Source: Camelus dromedarius (Eukaryota). Taken from it: 64,000 nt of DNA. Positions 27,331 to 40,134 of this stretch are shown one piece after another. How positions within the stretch are numbered: the first letter of the stretch is position 1; every line of letters begins with the position of its first letter. The DNA is taken from NCBI RefSeq assembly GCF_036321535.1, contig NC_087436.1:116376001-116440000 (forward strand), written 5' to 3'. The notes under the pieces are model-generated. The model was not told where the DNA came from, searched no databases, and saw nothing but the letters and a program-made list of their open reading frames with translations. The position numbers and the translations under genes were made by a program.

Positions 27331-27559
27331 AATAAATGTTTCTTGACTTTGTCATTGTTAAAAACTAGGGGGAAAGAAAGAAGACACAGTGCATTTTACT
27401 AGATGCTGAGAATGGGAAGAAGCAGCCTGTGGGCAGAGAGCAAGGAAAATGAGAGCTGTGGTCACCGTGAAGCCTCTCAAGATGACACGGTGAATTTGTT
27501 GTGGTTTGGGGATGTAGTTTCAGTCCTAAGGAGGCAGACTCAGAGAGTGAAATTTCACA

Positions 27560-29116
27560 AATGTATATGGAAAGAGACATGGCTCAGCTACACAGTTTAA
27601 AATGAACTCCTGAATAGTGACAAATAGCTTGGCTAGCAGGGAGGAGCCAGGAAGGAGAAAAATTTAAAATCAGAGGCAAAGGGTTCTGGGGAAGATACAT
27701 GTAGATGGACACTCAGAAGTAGAGCCAAAGGGTATGAATTTTTGTGTCTCATGTCAATGCCCACCAGAAAATAGACACATCAGAAGAATCACTGAATAAC
27801 CAGACAAGCTAAAGGATTCATCCAGGGCATGGCAACAAGCCCCTCCAGCTCCTGTGTCCTCAGCCACCCACTGCTTGGATAATGGGCCCAAGATTGGCAC
27901 AGCCATGGTGGCAGGGATGCAAGCTATGCCTTGAGCCCAGTAGGATGGATTCTTACCCAAACTTATTACAGTCTCTTCTGCTGCTGTATGCCCAGACTTA
28001 TAGTGGCAGAGATGAGCTCTAAATCCTCAGTATGTACCTAACCCTTAAGGAGTCCAGCCTGACACTTGGTAGCTTGGTTATGTTGGGACCAATAGTTGGT
28101 AAGACAGCAAATTGTCTTAAATGGAACAGTACATGGATAAGTATTTGCCTTCCCCAACTTCAGTGTCTCTGCCAGAAGCAATTTTCAAGGATGTAGAGAG
28201 CACATGATTAATAAACATGAGATCCTGCATTACATTGTCTTAGAACATTTTATTGAGAAAAAATGTGCAATAGAAACACATAAAAGGGATCCACTGATCC
28301 TACCACAGTCTTCATCACTTAGAAGCAACAGACTAATAGAATGTTGGAAAAATCAATAAAAACCTAAGCTAAAGTACCATTTGAGAACAAACATTTTGCA
28401 TGCTGGAATGCTATCCTTCAGGTTAAGACCCATGCTTGGACACAATGACTGATATATGATAATTTTTTCCCAATGAGCAGGATTCACAGGTACAGGATCT
28501 ATGGATGGAAGTAAAACTGGCCCCTTTCATTATCCCCAATGACACCGTGCTTCCTCTCATAACTGGGGAACCCAGTAAGCGTGTTGCCAGACCTGCAGCT
28601 GTGACTGCCATCAGCTCCCTTTGGAACTGTCACGCCAGTATACAATCAGGAAAAAGGATTATCACTGGTTTGGGTAACTGACTCTATATCTTCATGGGGA
28701 AGTAGGATTGCTGTTATAATGATGAAAGCAAAGAGATCCACTCAGAATTCACAGTCACATTTTGGTGCTCCTATGCCTGATTGTAACAGAGATCAGTCCA
28801 TTGCAGCAAACTTGCCCAAAATGGGCAAGATCTGAGGGGGATGATGGTCCATATCACTTCAACATGCAAATACTGTAGACTATCTGAAATGCTGGCTGAG
28901 GGTGAGAAAAATATAAGTTGGACGTTGGAAGAAGGAGATGGCGACTCTCAGTCACAGCCCCAGGAGCCCTGCAATGGTGTGGCACCGTCACTTGTCCCAC
29001 TAGCCCTCATGACTGTTCTTAGAGATTGTTCTTAGAGATTACTTCTGGCAACCACCTTGAAGAGTCAGTGACAGAATGGACTTCATGAGGGCATGATTAG
29101 AACTGAGCATGTAGGA
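27560..29116 (+). mobile_element. decayed ERVL internal region (ERV3-16A3/HERV16-like): RNaseH-integrase-dUTPase
   Basis: broken frames give IFVSHVNAHQ (about 27740), WAQDWHSHGGRDASYA (about 27885), IH*SYHSLHHLEA..LIECW (about 28290) and EMLAEGEKNISWTLEEG (about 28890), collinear with ERVL Pol. Confidence 0.85.
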
Positions 29117-29586
29117 GGTAGCAGACACTCATGGTGCTCTGTGTCCCATTTCTTCTGATTCTACACAGCCCTAGGATGCTCCACGTAAGCTGACCATGTC
29201 TCACCTCAACATCTCTTCCTTTCCTGCCCCGGGCTTCTCTGATGCCATCCGAACCCACATGTGGGAAAAACTAGAAGTACAGAAAGGCATTGCTCTCATG
29301 GAAGCCCTCAACCAATGGGGCATATGAGCTGATAGATAAGTGCTGCAGACTCCTACCCTTGGAGAGACAATTCTGAGAGTATTTGACATGACCCACAGTA
29401 CAGCTAAAGCCCAGCTCTGAGCCTGGTACCCAGCTCGACAATGCACACTCCATTCACTTTTTCACTTCCATTATCTCACTCTCAGCACTTCCTCACTCCT
29501 AAATGGTGGAGTCATTTCCCAAAAATACAATCTTCACCAAATCCTCGTCTCAGGGTCTGTTTTGAGGGAAGCTCAAACTAGGGGCA
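29117..29586 (+). mobile_element. LTR16-family ERVL 3' LTR
   Basis: GTAGCAGACACT start, GCCCTCAACCAATGGGG, end AATCCTCGTCTCAGGGTCTGTTTTGAGGGAAGCTCAAACTAGGGGCA. Confidence 0.85.
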
Positions 29587-30104
29587 TAGGGAGGCTGAGC
29601 TCATTACCCTGTTGCTGCTTGGTGAGCACAAAGAAAAATCACCTTCTATTCCTACAGCCCAGAGTACCTCCCTGCTGCCTAAAATTCATGGAATCCTGCA
29701 TTTTGTGCCTCCTTTTCGGAGTATAATGAGGTATAACTTCTGTGTAACTGGAATGTTCCAACCATAAGTTTTAAGTAGGACAATTTATGCAAATCACTTA
29801 ACCCAGTGCCAAGTGCTACATGCTCCGTGCATGCTACTTGCAGTGATGGTTGTTACTGTCATTATTATATTGCTAACATATCTACTGTCTATTCTGTTCA
29901 ATTTAAAAATGACTATTTTATGCTATTGTTTTGGCTTAACTTACTTCTTTCTTATTTCAAAGATCCTTTGACAAAAACTCACACTTGCCATCAGCTAATG
30001 CTTAAAATATCCACTTTTTAAGATTATTTTGAAATTAGTGTATATAAATGGTTAAAACAGTGTTTAACGTATGATATATTTCCTATAATACATGTTTTCC
30101 CTTC

Positions 30105-30152
30105 TATTGCTATTATCACCATTATTATATTATATTATATTATTATTATTAC
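30105..30152. repeat. (ATT)n-like simple repeat
   Basis: direct reading. Confidence 0.85.
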
Positions 30153-30469
30153 TGTTGCCAATAATATGATCACTACTGTCATTACTACTTCCATGGAATC
30201 TAAAATCATAGTGCAAGGACAGAGAGTCCACCTTTCTTTGTTTTAAATATCATGACCCAGTTAAATTTGGGAGTTTCATCTTCATTAACTTCAGCTGCTC
30301 AATAATTCATCTTCACCAAATATGGCAAACCTGAACAAACCGGCAAATAGAAGATGGCATCTGTAATTTGTGCATTCTTTTACGAAAGTCACCACTAAGA
30401 AGTGTTTTCTAGGATTTACTGGAGCTACAGTTGGGACTCATCCATAAGATAATACAGCATGCAGTGGAG

Positions 30470-30640
30470 CATCACTGATTGACTGCCAGCTCTGTACCAC
30501 ATGCTGTGCTTGCTATTAACTCATCACCGCCCAGAGCCACTCCTCTGACTTCCCATTATTGATCCCAATTCACAGGTGAAGCACTGAGGCACAGAGAGGT
30601 TGAATCAGCTGAACAAGGGCATATATTCAGTGCATGACAG
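30470..30640 (-). mobile_element. MIR
   Basis: CAATTCACAGGTGAAGCACTGAGGCACAGAGAGGTTGA. Confidence 0.75.
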
Positions 30641-31017
30641 AAGGGATACCATCCTCAAATCAAATTGATAAATGCTATTTACTATATGTGTTATTCCTAA
30701 TAAAGGGACCATATGCAAGTCTCAGAACAAGAAAGGCATCTGTACTTCAAACTCTAATCAAGAATAGGAACGTTGAAGGTGACATTCAGACCCGGAGATG
30801 TATCAGAATTTCACTGTCTGCAGAGCATCCCAGTTAGTTGCTGTTCTCACTGTGTCTTTCAGGAGAGCCTATTTTGGTCCCAAAGCCATCAGACAACTTG
30901 AAATAACTGAACCATGTAACTGGAGCTTATAAAAAGTAAAAAGGAAAGAAAGAAACACTTTCAGAGTCAGGTGCCCTCCCGGTGATTGTGTGACTTGCAA
31001 ACCCCTCAGCTCCAAAG

Positions 31018-31120
31018 GGGGAATTCCACAAGGGTGGAGGGAAAGTCAGGGGCACAGACCAATTTCTCTTCCTGCTTCTGCCTTTATCTTTTGTGGTGAC
31101 TCACCCTGTAACATGAGTCA
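31018..31120. promoter_or_regulatory. candidate enhancer motif cluster (NF-kB, ETS, GATA, RUNX, two AP-1)
   Basis: GGGGAATTCC 31018-27; CTTCCTG 31068-74; TTATCT 31084-89; TGTGGT 31092-97; TGACTCA 31097-103; TGAGTCA 31114-20. Motif matches only. Confidence 0.35.
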
Positions 31121-31229
31121 AATAGACTTACTAAGGGTTTATTTTTACGATTTGTTTCTGGCTTGGTTGCAGTAGATCTTTTTCTCTCAAATATACACAG
31201 AAAAAGCCAATTTTAAGCTGCGTTTTGAA

Positions 31230-31930
31230 AAAAGCGTGATGTTATGAAAAGAGTCTGGATTTTGGAGTCCCCAAACTTGCACTGAATTCCTGCTCTGCCA
31301 CTTCCTGTCTGTGTGGCCTTAAACCTATTCCCTAACTTCTTTGAACCTCAACCTTGGCCTAGATTAAAGAGGATAAAATGCGTTTGGCAGAATTATCATG
31401 AGAGCTTAATGAAAAGAAAAAATTTCATTGGAGTTTCAGATTCTCAGTGTGATAGTAAATAAATATTTATTCCCCTTATTTATTTCCTGTCTTTCCTCAG
31501 TTTGACCATAACTTGATGGACCTTATTTTGGAAAAGATGATGGACTTAGATGCAGAAAATCTGAGCTCCCATCCAGTCTCTGTCTTTCGCTAGCCAGACT
31601 TCATTAGCGTGATGAAATGGTATGATGCACTTGAAAGAACCAAGGACAAATAGTTTGAATTCTTGGAATTTTGGGCCACCTCTTCACCTGCCCATATCCT
31701 GGTTATCCTGGAAATGAGAAATCATTGCACCATCATCGTGGAAGCAAAGAGTTCAGGTTCCGGCTTCCAAAGCCAACTTGGACACTAACTGTCCTCGTGA
31801 CCTTGGGCAAGAAATATGAGCTCTCTGAATTTTGCATGTGTAGAGCCTATGTCAGAGACTGTGGTGAGCACTAAATGACATAGAATTACAAGAATCGCGT
31901 CTGAAAATACACACTATACACGCTAATTAT
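31230..31930 (+). mobile_element. cluster of MIR copies (about 31230-31470, 31530-31600, 31740-31930)
   Basis: CTCTGCCACTTCCTGTCTGTGTGGCCTT; GTGACCTTGGGCAAG. Confidence 0.7.
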
Positions 31931-33887
31931 TGTAATTTTAAATCTGTTTCATTTAAGGAAAATTTCCATTCTAAATGGCTATTTACTGTTTACTTAAGCA
32001 TTTTTAAAGAAGTATTTCTGGAGTGACTGCTGTGTGCTAGGCACCAATGAGAGTTTAGAGAAGTACAGAACGTGATTTCTGTCCTTAAGAGCTCCCAGGG
32101 GCCACAGTGTGGGGCAGACAAGCCATCAGCTCCAAGACACTGGTAGATCCCAAAGATGGGAATACATGCGAAGTGCAAGGGGACCTGACCTCAGATGGGA
32201 AACGAAAAGGAACATGAGACTGCAGGTCTCACTGATACCCAGTAACCGCACTGAGTGATGTTTTAGGAGCTGCTAAGGATGAGCTCATATGTCAGAACTT
32301 CTCATGACGAAAATGGTTCTCTTTATATTTCATGGTAGCTTCCAATGAGACAATGTGCCAAGTCAACTAACAGCGTTAATTATAGGATGCTTCCATTTTC
32401 TTGGTTTCCTTTGGTTCAGCAGAATCCTTGTTCTGGGAAGGCTATTTTATCTGCCTGGGAGCCCTTCAATGGCCACTTCTCCCAGAAGAAGTGCCACGTC
32501 TGCAGCTGGGATGAAGCACTCTGCAGTTGTCAGATACCATTTTGGAAAGAATCAGCGGGAAGAACCAAACCATTAGTAGAGAGAACATGTCTTGGAAAAT
32601 TTAGAAAAAATAGATAGTGAGGATTTTGCAAAAGGTAAAATAATCAGAAGTGAGTTTTATAATGTTTTTAATCATGCACAAGGATACATTCCCTTCCCTT
32701 TTGCTAACCTTGGAACAAAAAGAGCACTGAGCAGAGGGTCAGATCTGAACCTTAGCTTCATCTCTAATTAGTGATGTGCTCTTGAGCAAGTCAGAACCAT
32801 TCTGAATCTCAGTCATCTCATTTGTTAAAACAGAATAATTATGGGATAATTATTACTTAGGAAAAAACTCTACAGAGTCACTGACCAATAAAAGACCTTT
32901 AGTAAATAATGTGCATAATAATGATGATGATGATGATAAGGAATAATTAAAAAATAATCAGGGCTCCTCATTTTAAATGAAGCCTCAAGAAATCTCATTG
33001 CAAGTCACACTAGCATGTGATTATGAATTGAGTTAAGAGATGAGGAATGTCGAATAGATATATGAGATAATGGCCCAAGAGGAAACCAGAGAGTGAGCCT
33101 TTAATACTTTCATTAGAAGCAGAAGCAGCTTGAGCGTGTAAATATACCCATGGACCTTAGGAAGCCTTTGTGGAACTGAGAAGAGTTACAGAAAAGTGTG
33201 GGACTCTAGAAGCCAGCTTGCGCCCTCCTAGAGCTTGTGAGAAGGTTCTGTCTGCTACTGCTTTAGGTAGATGGATCTTGGGATACCTCAGTTGGCCAAA
33301 GGCAATGCATGGAGGGCTTCCACTGTATTAGTGGGGGGGATCTGGGACAGTCACTCTCATCTGGCATAATATAAAACTTTCATAGGTATGCAAGTCAGTG
33401 TGCATCCATGTGCAAAATTAAGTGTAGTTAAAATTGAGTATAATACTATTAGGATGATGCCTACCTGGTAACTCACAGAGCTAAGCTGGTTAAATAACAC
33501 AGAGAAGCATGAAGTCCAATGTGCTTTTGGTAAGGGGTAAAAAGTAAAGCATAATGTGTAGTTAGCAGTGGAAAGTGCAAGGATTTCAACTAACAAGTGT
33601 AAGAGAACTGAGTGGGGGCACTGCAAGGTTTTTTTGTTTGTTGTTTTTGTTTTTCCCAACAACAGCCTGGTGCCTGTGATAAAGTGCAGTAACCAAGAGT
33701 CAGGTGCTCACTCCTAGAGGTGGTTCTATAATTACTGATAACTTTTGAGTATTTTAGTATCTTCACATCCAGCAACAAAAAGTCTAGCATTTAACAGCAC
33801 TCTGCTTCCCCACAAAGGTTTAGAACTACTGATGTTGAGACCACAAACAAAGCCCTCCATCATGGCTCACTCTTGGCCACGTGTGAT

Positions 33888-34040
33888 GTATTCGATACCT
33901 ATTGCTGTGTAACAAACTGCTCCAATATGGAGAGGCTTAAAACAGCAAACATTTATTCTCTCACAGTTTTTATGGGGTGGGAATCTAGGCATGGCTTAGC
34001 TAGGTCCTCTCCTTCTGGGTCTCATAAGGCTGCAATCAAA
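33888..34040 (-). mobile_element. MaLR LTR 3' fragment (MLT1F/H-like)
   Basis: CTATTGCTGTGTAACAAACT..GGCTTAAAACAGCAAACATTTATT..TCACAGTTT..GCTTAGCTAGG. Confidence 0.75.
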
Positions 34041-34041
34041 T

Positions 34042-34218
34042 CAATGGTTTGAGCAAAAATTTCCCAGTTGAGTAAACAGGAGGAGCCACACACAGCTGCT
34101 GGACCCCATCCCCACGGTTTCTGATTTTGTAAGGTATGGGGCCAGAGAATTTGCATTTCTAACAAGTTCTCAGGGATCTGCCACTGATGATCTAGGGACC
34201 ATCATCCGAGCACTACTG
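34042..34218. mobile_element. MER5A hAT-Charlie MITE
   Basis: GTTTCTGATT..GAGAATTTGCATTTCTAACAAGTTC. Confidence 0.85.
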
Positions 34219-34440
34219 ACAGGGTGCCTACTCTGGGCCAGTCTCTTCTCTAAGTGCTTTATGCATATTAAGTCCGTAAGTCCTCACAAGCATCCCCTGA
34301 GGCAGAAATCTTTATTATCTCATTTTTTTAGATAGAGAAACTGAGCCACAAAAGGTAACATGCCCAAGGTCATACAATCAGTTGGTGGTGGAACTGGGGA
34401 ACTCAGGCTGACTGGCCCTTGGTCTGCATGATTAACCAAG
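34219..34440 (-). mobile_element. MIR
   Basis: CTAAGTGCTTTATGCATATTA..GAAACTGAGCCACA..TGCCCAAGGTCATACA. Confidence 0.85.
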
Positions 34441-34459
34441 CCATTTGGTGCTCTCCAGA

Positions 34460-35085
34460 TGGTCAGATGCAGAAAAGCATTTCAAGTGGAGAGAGTGTTA
34501 AGAAAAAGCTTGGCAGTAAGGGCCATTCTGATATGGTTGGGAACTGGAAGCAAGTCCAAGTGACTCTAATATGGACACACATGTGAAAGGATGAAGCCTG
34601 GAAGGGGTCAGAAGGAAGCAGCAGGGCTTGTAGCACCAGGACCATGTTTTCCAGGTGAGACTGCACTTTGTCCCTAGAATTACAAGGCATGAGTGGGGCT
34701 CAGACAGGGAGGGACAGGATGAAATTTGTGCTTTTAAATACACACATAATATACAGGGCTTGGGGGATGGCTTTTGGGGGCTGGGGAGGAGATTGGAAAG
34801 GGAGAGAAAAGTCTGGAAGTTATTTGCAATGGTCCAGATGAAGTGATGACAGCTTGGACCACATGGGTGGGAACAGAACAGGGAGATCAAGTGGAAGAGA
34901 TACACAGGTACAGGGTCAGCAGGATCGGGTGGCTACATGGGGCTAAGGGGAGACCAAAGGAGTTAAAGCTCATTTCCAGCTCCCTGACTTAGTCAGTTTG
35001 GCCAAAGTGGTGCCATTCTCTTGGTTATGGGGGTTACTGGGGGAAACATACTTTGTTCACTGCTCAGTCTGAAGTTCCTGTTGCA
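34460..35085 (-). mobile_element. L2 internal fragment
   Basis: GCAATGGTCCAGATGAAGTGATGACAGCTTGGAC, GTGGTGCCATT. Confidence 0.7.
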
Positions 35086-38000
35086 AGTCTTAGCAACATT
35101 TCCTCTTAAGAACAGCTTGCAACAGCCCTGACACAAGGAGTCCAACAAATCTGGTTTGAATTTCAGATCCACCTTTCATTACATGTGTAGTCGTTGTCCT
35201 TTCTGAGGCTCAGAACAATTCCAGTAACATAATATTGTTAAGAGAAGTGCTTACTGAGGTTGGCACAGGAGTTCATTGAACAGATATTGAGTCTCCTCTA
35301 CATGGGATGCTTTGGAAACATGCAAACTCCCTGCTCTCATGGGGCTTATACTCCAGAAAGGAAATATGAAAGAAAATTAGAAATGTGTGCCACATAACCA
35401 TCTGCTCAGCCACAAGTCCCCGAAAAAAACCAGGGAGTTCAAGCAATCGGATGGGCTGTGGATTGAACTGATCTGCTCTGAGGCCTCCCCCTCTGGAAGT
35501 TACAACCCTCATAAGCAGAGATGAGCCTTAGTAACATCTGTATCCCCCGACCCACAACAGTGTCTAGGACATTACTGGTACTCATTGGAGGTGGGTTGAA
35601 TGAGGCAAAAATGTGTACTCAGCACTGTTCCCTGATGAAAAATGCTGAGTCTAGAAAGAGGTCTGTGCTGGTGGCAGGGATGGGTCATAGGATCTTATCA
35701 TAGAGCTGGGATGAGACTATGCTGCCTCCATGCTTGCTGACAAAACCACAATGACCTATCTAGCTTCCCAAGTTGGAATAAAGAAGTCACTCTGCAAACA
35801 GCGACAGTACAGGAAGGTTTCTCTTGAGTATATGCACCGAATCCTCTGCAAAATCACCAAAATGTCATTGTGATCTGTAGAGCAGTGTGATTCGTTGGAG
35901 CTGAATAATTTATTCACACATTTGCTGACAGTGTGCATTTCTGACATCCCATTATTTTCGACCCTGCATCATTTCCCGTTGCATAGTGGTTACTACTCTG
36001 CCATGTCCTTTCAGAAATCTGCTTAATTTTCACTCCTTAAAATTACAAGACAGGTCTCCACAAGGTGGTCCCTTTTATTTCCAGCAGCAACTAAATTCTG
36101 CATAGTGGTGAAATTTTATTTTTTTTAATCTTTATTAAAAAAGGGCATGAGATGTTTCTTGGCCCTCCACTGGTGGGCTTTCTAAGGACGCAGAGGGTCC
36201 TCTCTGTGTGTCAGAACATTAGTGGATCATGAGGCCATGAGTAATGAGAGCAGCAAGCACAAGCTCCCTCCCTGCCACCAACTCTGACCTATATTCTTGC
36301 AATAAACCAAGCACATATGAACTATTATTATCTGCCCAGAGGAGGAAACAGAGGTGTTGATGGGGTTAAGAATGATAGAGGAAGGGTCTAGACCGTGAGA
36401 ATACTGCCTTAAATAACTGGTTTCAGTCTTACTGCAGAGGAGCATTTTTACCTTCACAGTTTCACTTGGCATTATGCAAGACTGAAGTGGTTTCCTGCTT
36501 ATTTTAGACTGTTATTTTATATATTTTTTTTGTGACTGGCTGGAGTGAGGAAGTGGAAAGAGGGATCTGCCATGGACTGAACAACAATTAACTATCCCAC
36601 ACGTCTTTAAAAAAATTGCATTGATTCTTCACATTAGTCCTAGAAGGTCAATGACATGATGAGACTTGTCCCTCCAGGTTGAGGATGAGGCAAGAGAAAC
36701 TCAAAATGTTCAGGGACTATTCAGTCACTGGGTCGAGTCACAAAACCATTACACGGCTGAGATGGGACTTTTGAGCTTTGAGTCCGTTTTGACTCAAAGC
36801 ACTGCTCTCTTCCTGTGGGTGAGGAGTCCGCTGCTTCTCTCAACACTGTAGCCCGCGCTGCGGGACACAGCCAGAACCCTGGGAGCGGTGTTCCCCGGTA
36901 GTGTGAGTCTGGACCTTCTGTAATTGCATTTATGCATATATTTTGTGCTTTACCAATAACATCATTTTAAAAAGTGTGCTTTTTTCTTCCCCCTATATTA
37001 TTGAGTTGTTTCCATTGTTGCAGTGCTGCAGAGGAATTCCCTTCAGATCTCAGTCCTAGAATAAAGACATCCACACCTTTTCTAGGCTTTTAACTTACCA
37101 GCATTCCCTCTTTTCTTGGTCCACTGAGAAATCCAGAACCAAATGTACAGCATGCCCCTAGCAAAGGTACAGAATTTGGATAGTAACAACCAGTTGCTCA
37201 GCTGTGGGAATTAACCATTTTGGTCATCTACTTTTGGCTACTTTCCTATCTCAATTCATCTTTCACCACCTTTACTCATTGACAAGAGTTTTTTGTACTA
37301 AGTTATGAAATTCTATAAGCTACTTCAAGTTCCTTTTGGCATTTGGCTGAGTTACATACATAAATAAAAAATGTTTTCCCCTGAAAAAGCCACCCTGAGG
37401 AGCAAATCTGGGAGTAGGAGGTGACATTTCCTAGAAAGCATCCCAGAGAAATAACCTATAAGACAAGGATGGCAATGATAAACATGGTTAATAATTAACA
37501 AGGGATGACACCGTGTGTGCTTCTGATGTGCCCTCTAAATCAAATGCTTCCTGTATGTTTAATCCTTGTCATAAACTTGGAGGTCCAGACCATCATCCCT
37601 TTTAGAAGATGCAGAAGTTGCATGTTAGTAAGATCCAAGTATATCCAACCGCAGAAGGGTCGCCAACTAGGGCAGGGAGTAGTCAGGGCTCCTTTCGGGG
37701 TATGTCTGCTCCAGGCCCCATGTACTTCTCCACTAGGGGAAACTGCCTCTCTAGGTGGAAGAATTCCAACTCCTAAAAGGAGCAGAGCAACGGGTGAGGC
37801 CACAGCTGGGTCGTGAAGCAGGGAGTTCACTGCCACAGAGAGGGTTCCATTCACGTCCCTGCTTTCGATTCTGCTGCTTTCAGCTCCCTGAGATGGATGA
37901 GCTGGCAATGGGGATTGTATTTGCCACCCTGCAGGATGGTTAATTTAACAAGGCAGGGGATTTATGAGTTTTGCACGGCCCTATTTCATAGCTGCGATGT

Positions 38001-38410
38001 GGAGATCTCCCTGGGGAGGCAGACCCAGAATGTTGCCTTTTCTGGGGGTCAGCATGCTTTTAACTGAATTGGCCCCACAGAGGAATGAATAAGGCCTGGC
38101 TGAAATGATATAAAAGGCAACTGTCACCAGCACCCAGGAGAGAAGTGAAAAATTGGTGACAGGATGGAATTTAGCTCAAGTTGGGTTTCTCAAGTGGGTT
38201 TCACTGTCTGCCCTGCCAGGAGGGGGCAATTCACTTCTCGTTTCTCTATTTAACTGGTCCTGCAGTTTCAAAACCATGTAAGTTCATTACAAAGAAATTA
38301 GAATATGCAGAGACACAAAAATAAATTGAAATTTTCATTATCTCATTTTTCCAGATGATCTGTTATCAGATCACATACTTCCAGATCATTTTCGATGTAA
38401 ATAAAATTAC

Positions 38411-38487
38411 CACACAAACACACACACACACACAGGTATATACACACATACATACATACACATACACACACATACACATACACACAC
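38411..38487. repeat. (CA)n/(CATA)n microsatellite
   Basis: direct reading. Confidence 0.9.
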
Positions 38488-38783
38488 CTACTGTCTCTGC
38501 TATTTTAAGAGCAGCTATTTTTCTGTAAAAATACATTGTGAGAATTCATTCAAGCCAATAAGTTTTCCACTGCCGCAGAGGGTAGAGATTGCTGGCTCAA
38601 CTCCCCCACCTCCCTTTTCCACATAGCTTAATGGGCTAAGGGACTAGACAGCAGATGGTAGACTTGGTACCTTACAACTTACTGCTTTATATTAGAGCTC
38701 GCTGACACTCACATGCAACTTCCCAATTGCTGTAGACATCTGAGTGTGAGGGTCCTCCCTTACCCCGGGAAACACTTGACCAC

Positions 38784-39262
38784 TGTATGGGTTTCCTATT
38801 GCTGCTGTAACAAAAGACCGCAGATGGTGACTTGGCCAAATGCATTTATGATCTGACAGTCCTGTGAGTCAGATGTCTAATCTGGATCTCACTGGAACAA
38901 AACCAAGTTGTTAGCAAAGCTGAGCTCCTTCCAGAGGCTCTAGAGAAAACTCTGTTTCTTTGCCTGTTTCAGCTCCAAAGTCCACTGCAACCCTTGGCTC
39001 AAGGACTCTTCCTCCATCATCAAGGTCAGGAACGTAGCATCCCTCTGACCTTGCTTCTATCATAACCTCTTTTCCTCTGATCACTGTGGGGAAAGTTATC
39101 CCTTGTTAAAGATTTATGTGAGTTGATTTGTTCTATTCTGCCCGAATAACCCAGGGTAATTCCTCCATCTTAAGGTCTTTAACCTTAATCACATCTGTAA
39201 AGTCACAGATTCTAGAGATCAGGACATGGACATCTTTGCAGCCCTTTATTCTCTCCTCCACA
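38784..39262 (-). mobile_element. MaLR LTR (MLT1C2-like)
   Basis: TGTATGGGTTTCCTATTGCTGCTGTAACAAA..GAGGCTCTAGAGAAAA..TTAATCACATCTGTAAAGTC..GGACATGGACATCTTTG..CCACA. Confidence 0.85.
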
Positions 39263-39479
39263 AGTGGTGCACCATCTCATAGCTGTAGGGCTATTATTTA
39301 ACCAGTCCCCATTAATATGCATTTAGGCTGCAGTCAACATTTTTGCTTTATAAACAGATCTTCAATAAAAAAAAAATTCATGTAACTAAATTTCTGCTTA
39401 GCTTTAATTGTTTCTTAAAGGAAATTACTAAAATCAGGATTTCTAACTTAAAGTATGTGCCCATTCATAAAGCTTTTCC

Positions 39480-39605
39480 ACATTCAGTGATCAAGGAATA
39501 TTTCTGGAGTACCTACTTTGTGCCAGACATTGTTCTGAGCTGTGGGGATTCATTAGTGAACAAAACAGATCAAGTATTTCTGCCCCAGTCGTTTCTATTC
39601 TGCAG
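39480..39605 (-). mobile_element. L2 3' end
   Basis: GAGTACCTACTTTGTGCCAGACATTGTTCT..AGTGAACAAAACAGA. Confidence 0.8.
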
Positions 39606-39919
39606 GATACTGATAGCTAATTATCTTTTGGCAATAGCTAAACTGCTTTTGGTATTGATTTTTCAGTTGTTTTTCTTCAATTCATCTCTTATTCTTAGGA
39701 AACCAGCTTTGATTTTTTTAATCAGTCTTTTGGAAAAAAACACTTATTTTAATATGTGGTAGGTGATCAATTAAGCTGGTATATACAGAAAAAGATCTTT
39801 TGCTTATACTCAGAAACCTGAGGCTCAAGGTCCAGTTTTGCTCTTTACTGACAGTGTGAACTTGGAATGGCCCCTCATCACTACAGACCTGTGTGATAGA
39901 AATAGAGTGCATCCAATGT

Positions 39920-40120
39920 GTTTAGCAACTTTTAAGTCATTTGATACACATTATCTTGCTATGTCTTCAGAAAGACTGTGAGTTAAACACTCTTAAGAAT
40001 GTCATTTTATAGATATGGAAATTGAGGTTCAGAAATGTTAAGTAATCTGCCCAAAGTCACACAGCTAAGAAGTATTGGAATCAGGATTCAAATAAGCCAG
40101 TCTGATCCCAAAGCTTATAA
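39920..40120 (-). mobile_element. MIR
   Basis: ATTTTATAGATATGGAAATTGAGGTTCAGAAATGTTAAGTAATCTGCCCAAAGTCACACAGCTA. Confidence 0.85.
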
Positions 40121-40134
40121 CTTGTCTTGATCCT

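Noticed and set aside
37200..37370. Possible L4/RTE-X 3' end
   Set aside because: Only the short TAAGCTACTTCAAGTTCCTTTTGG..AAATAAA motif matches from memory; too weak to call
39343..39762. 139-aa hydrophobic ORF
   Set aside because: TTG start, T-rich composition, and it spans an antisense L2 3' end
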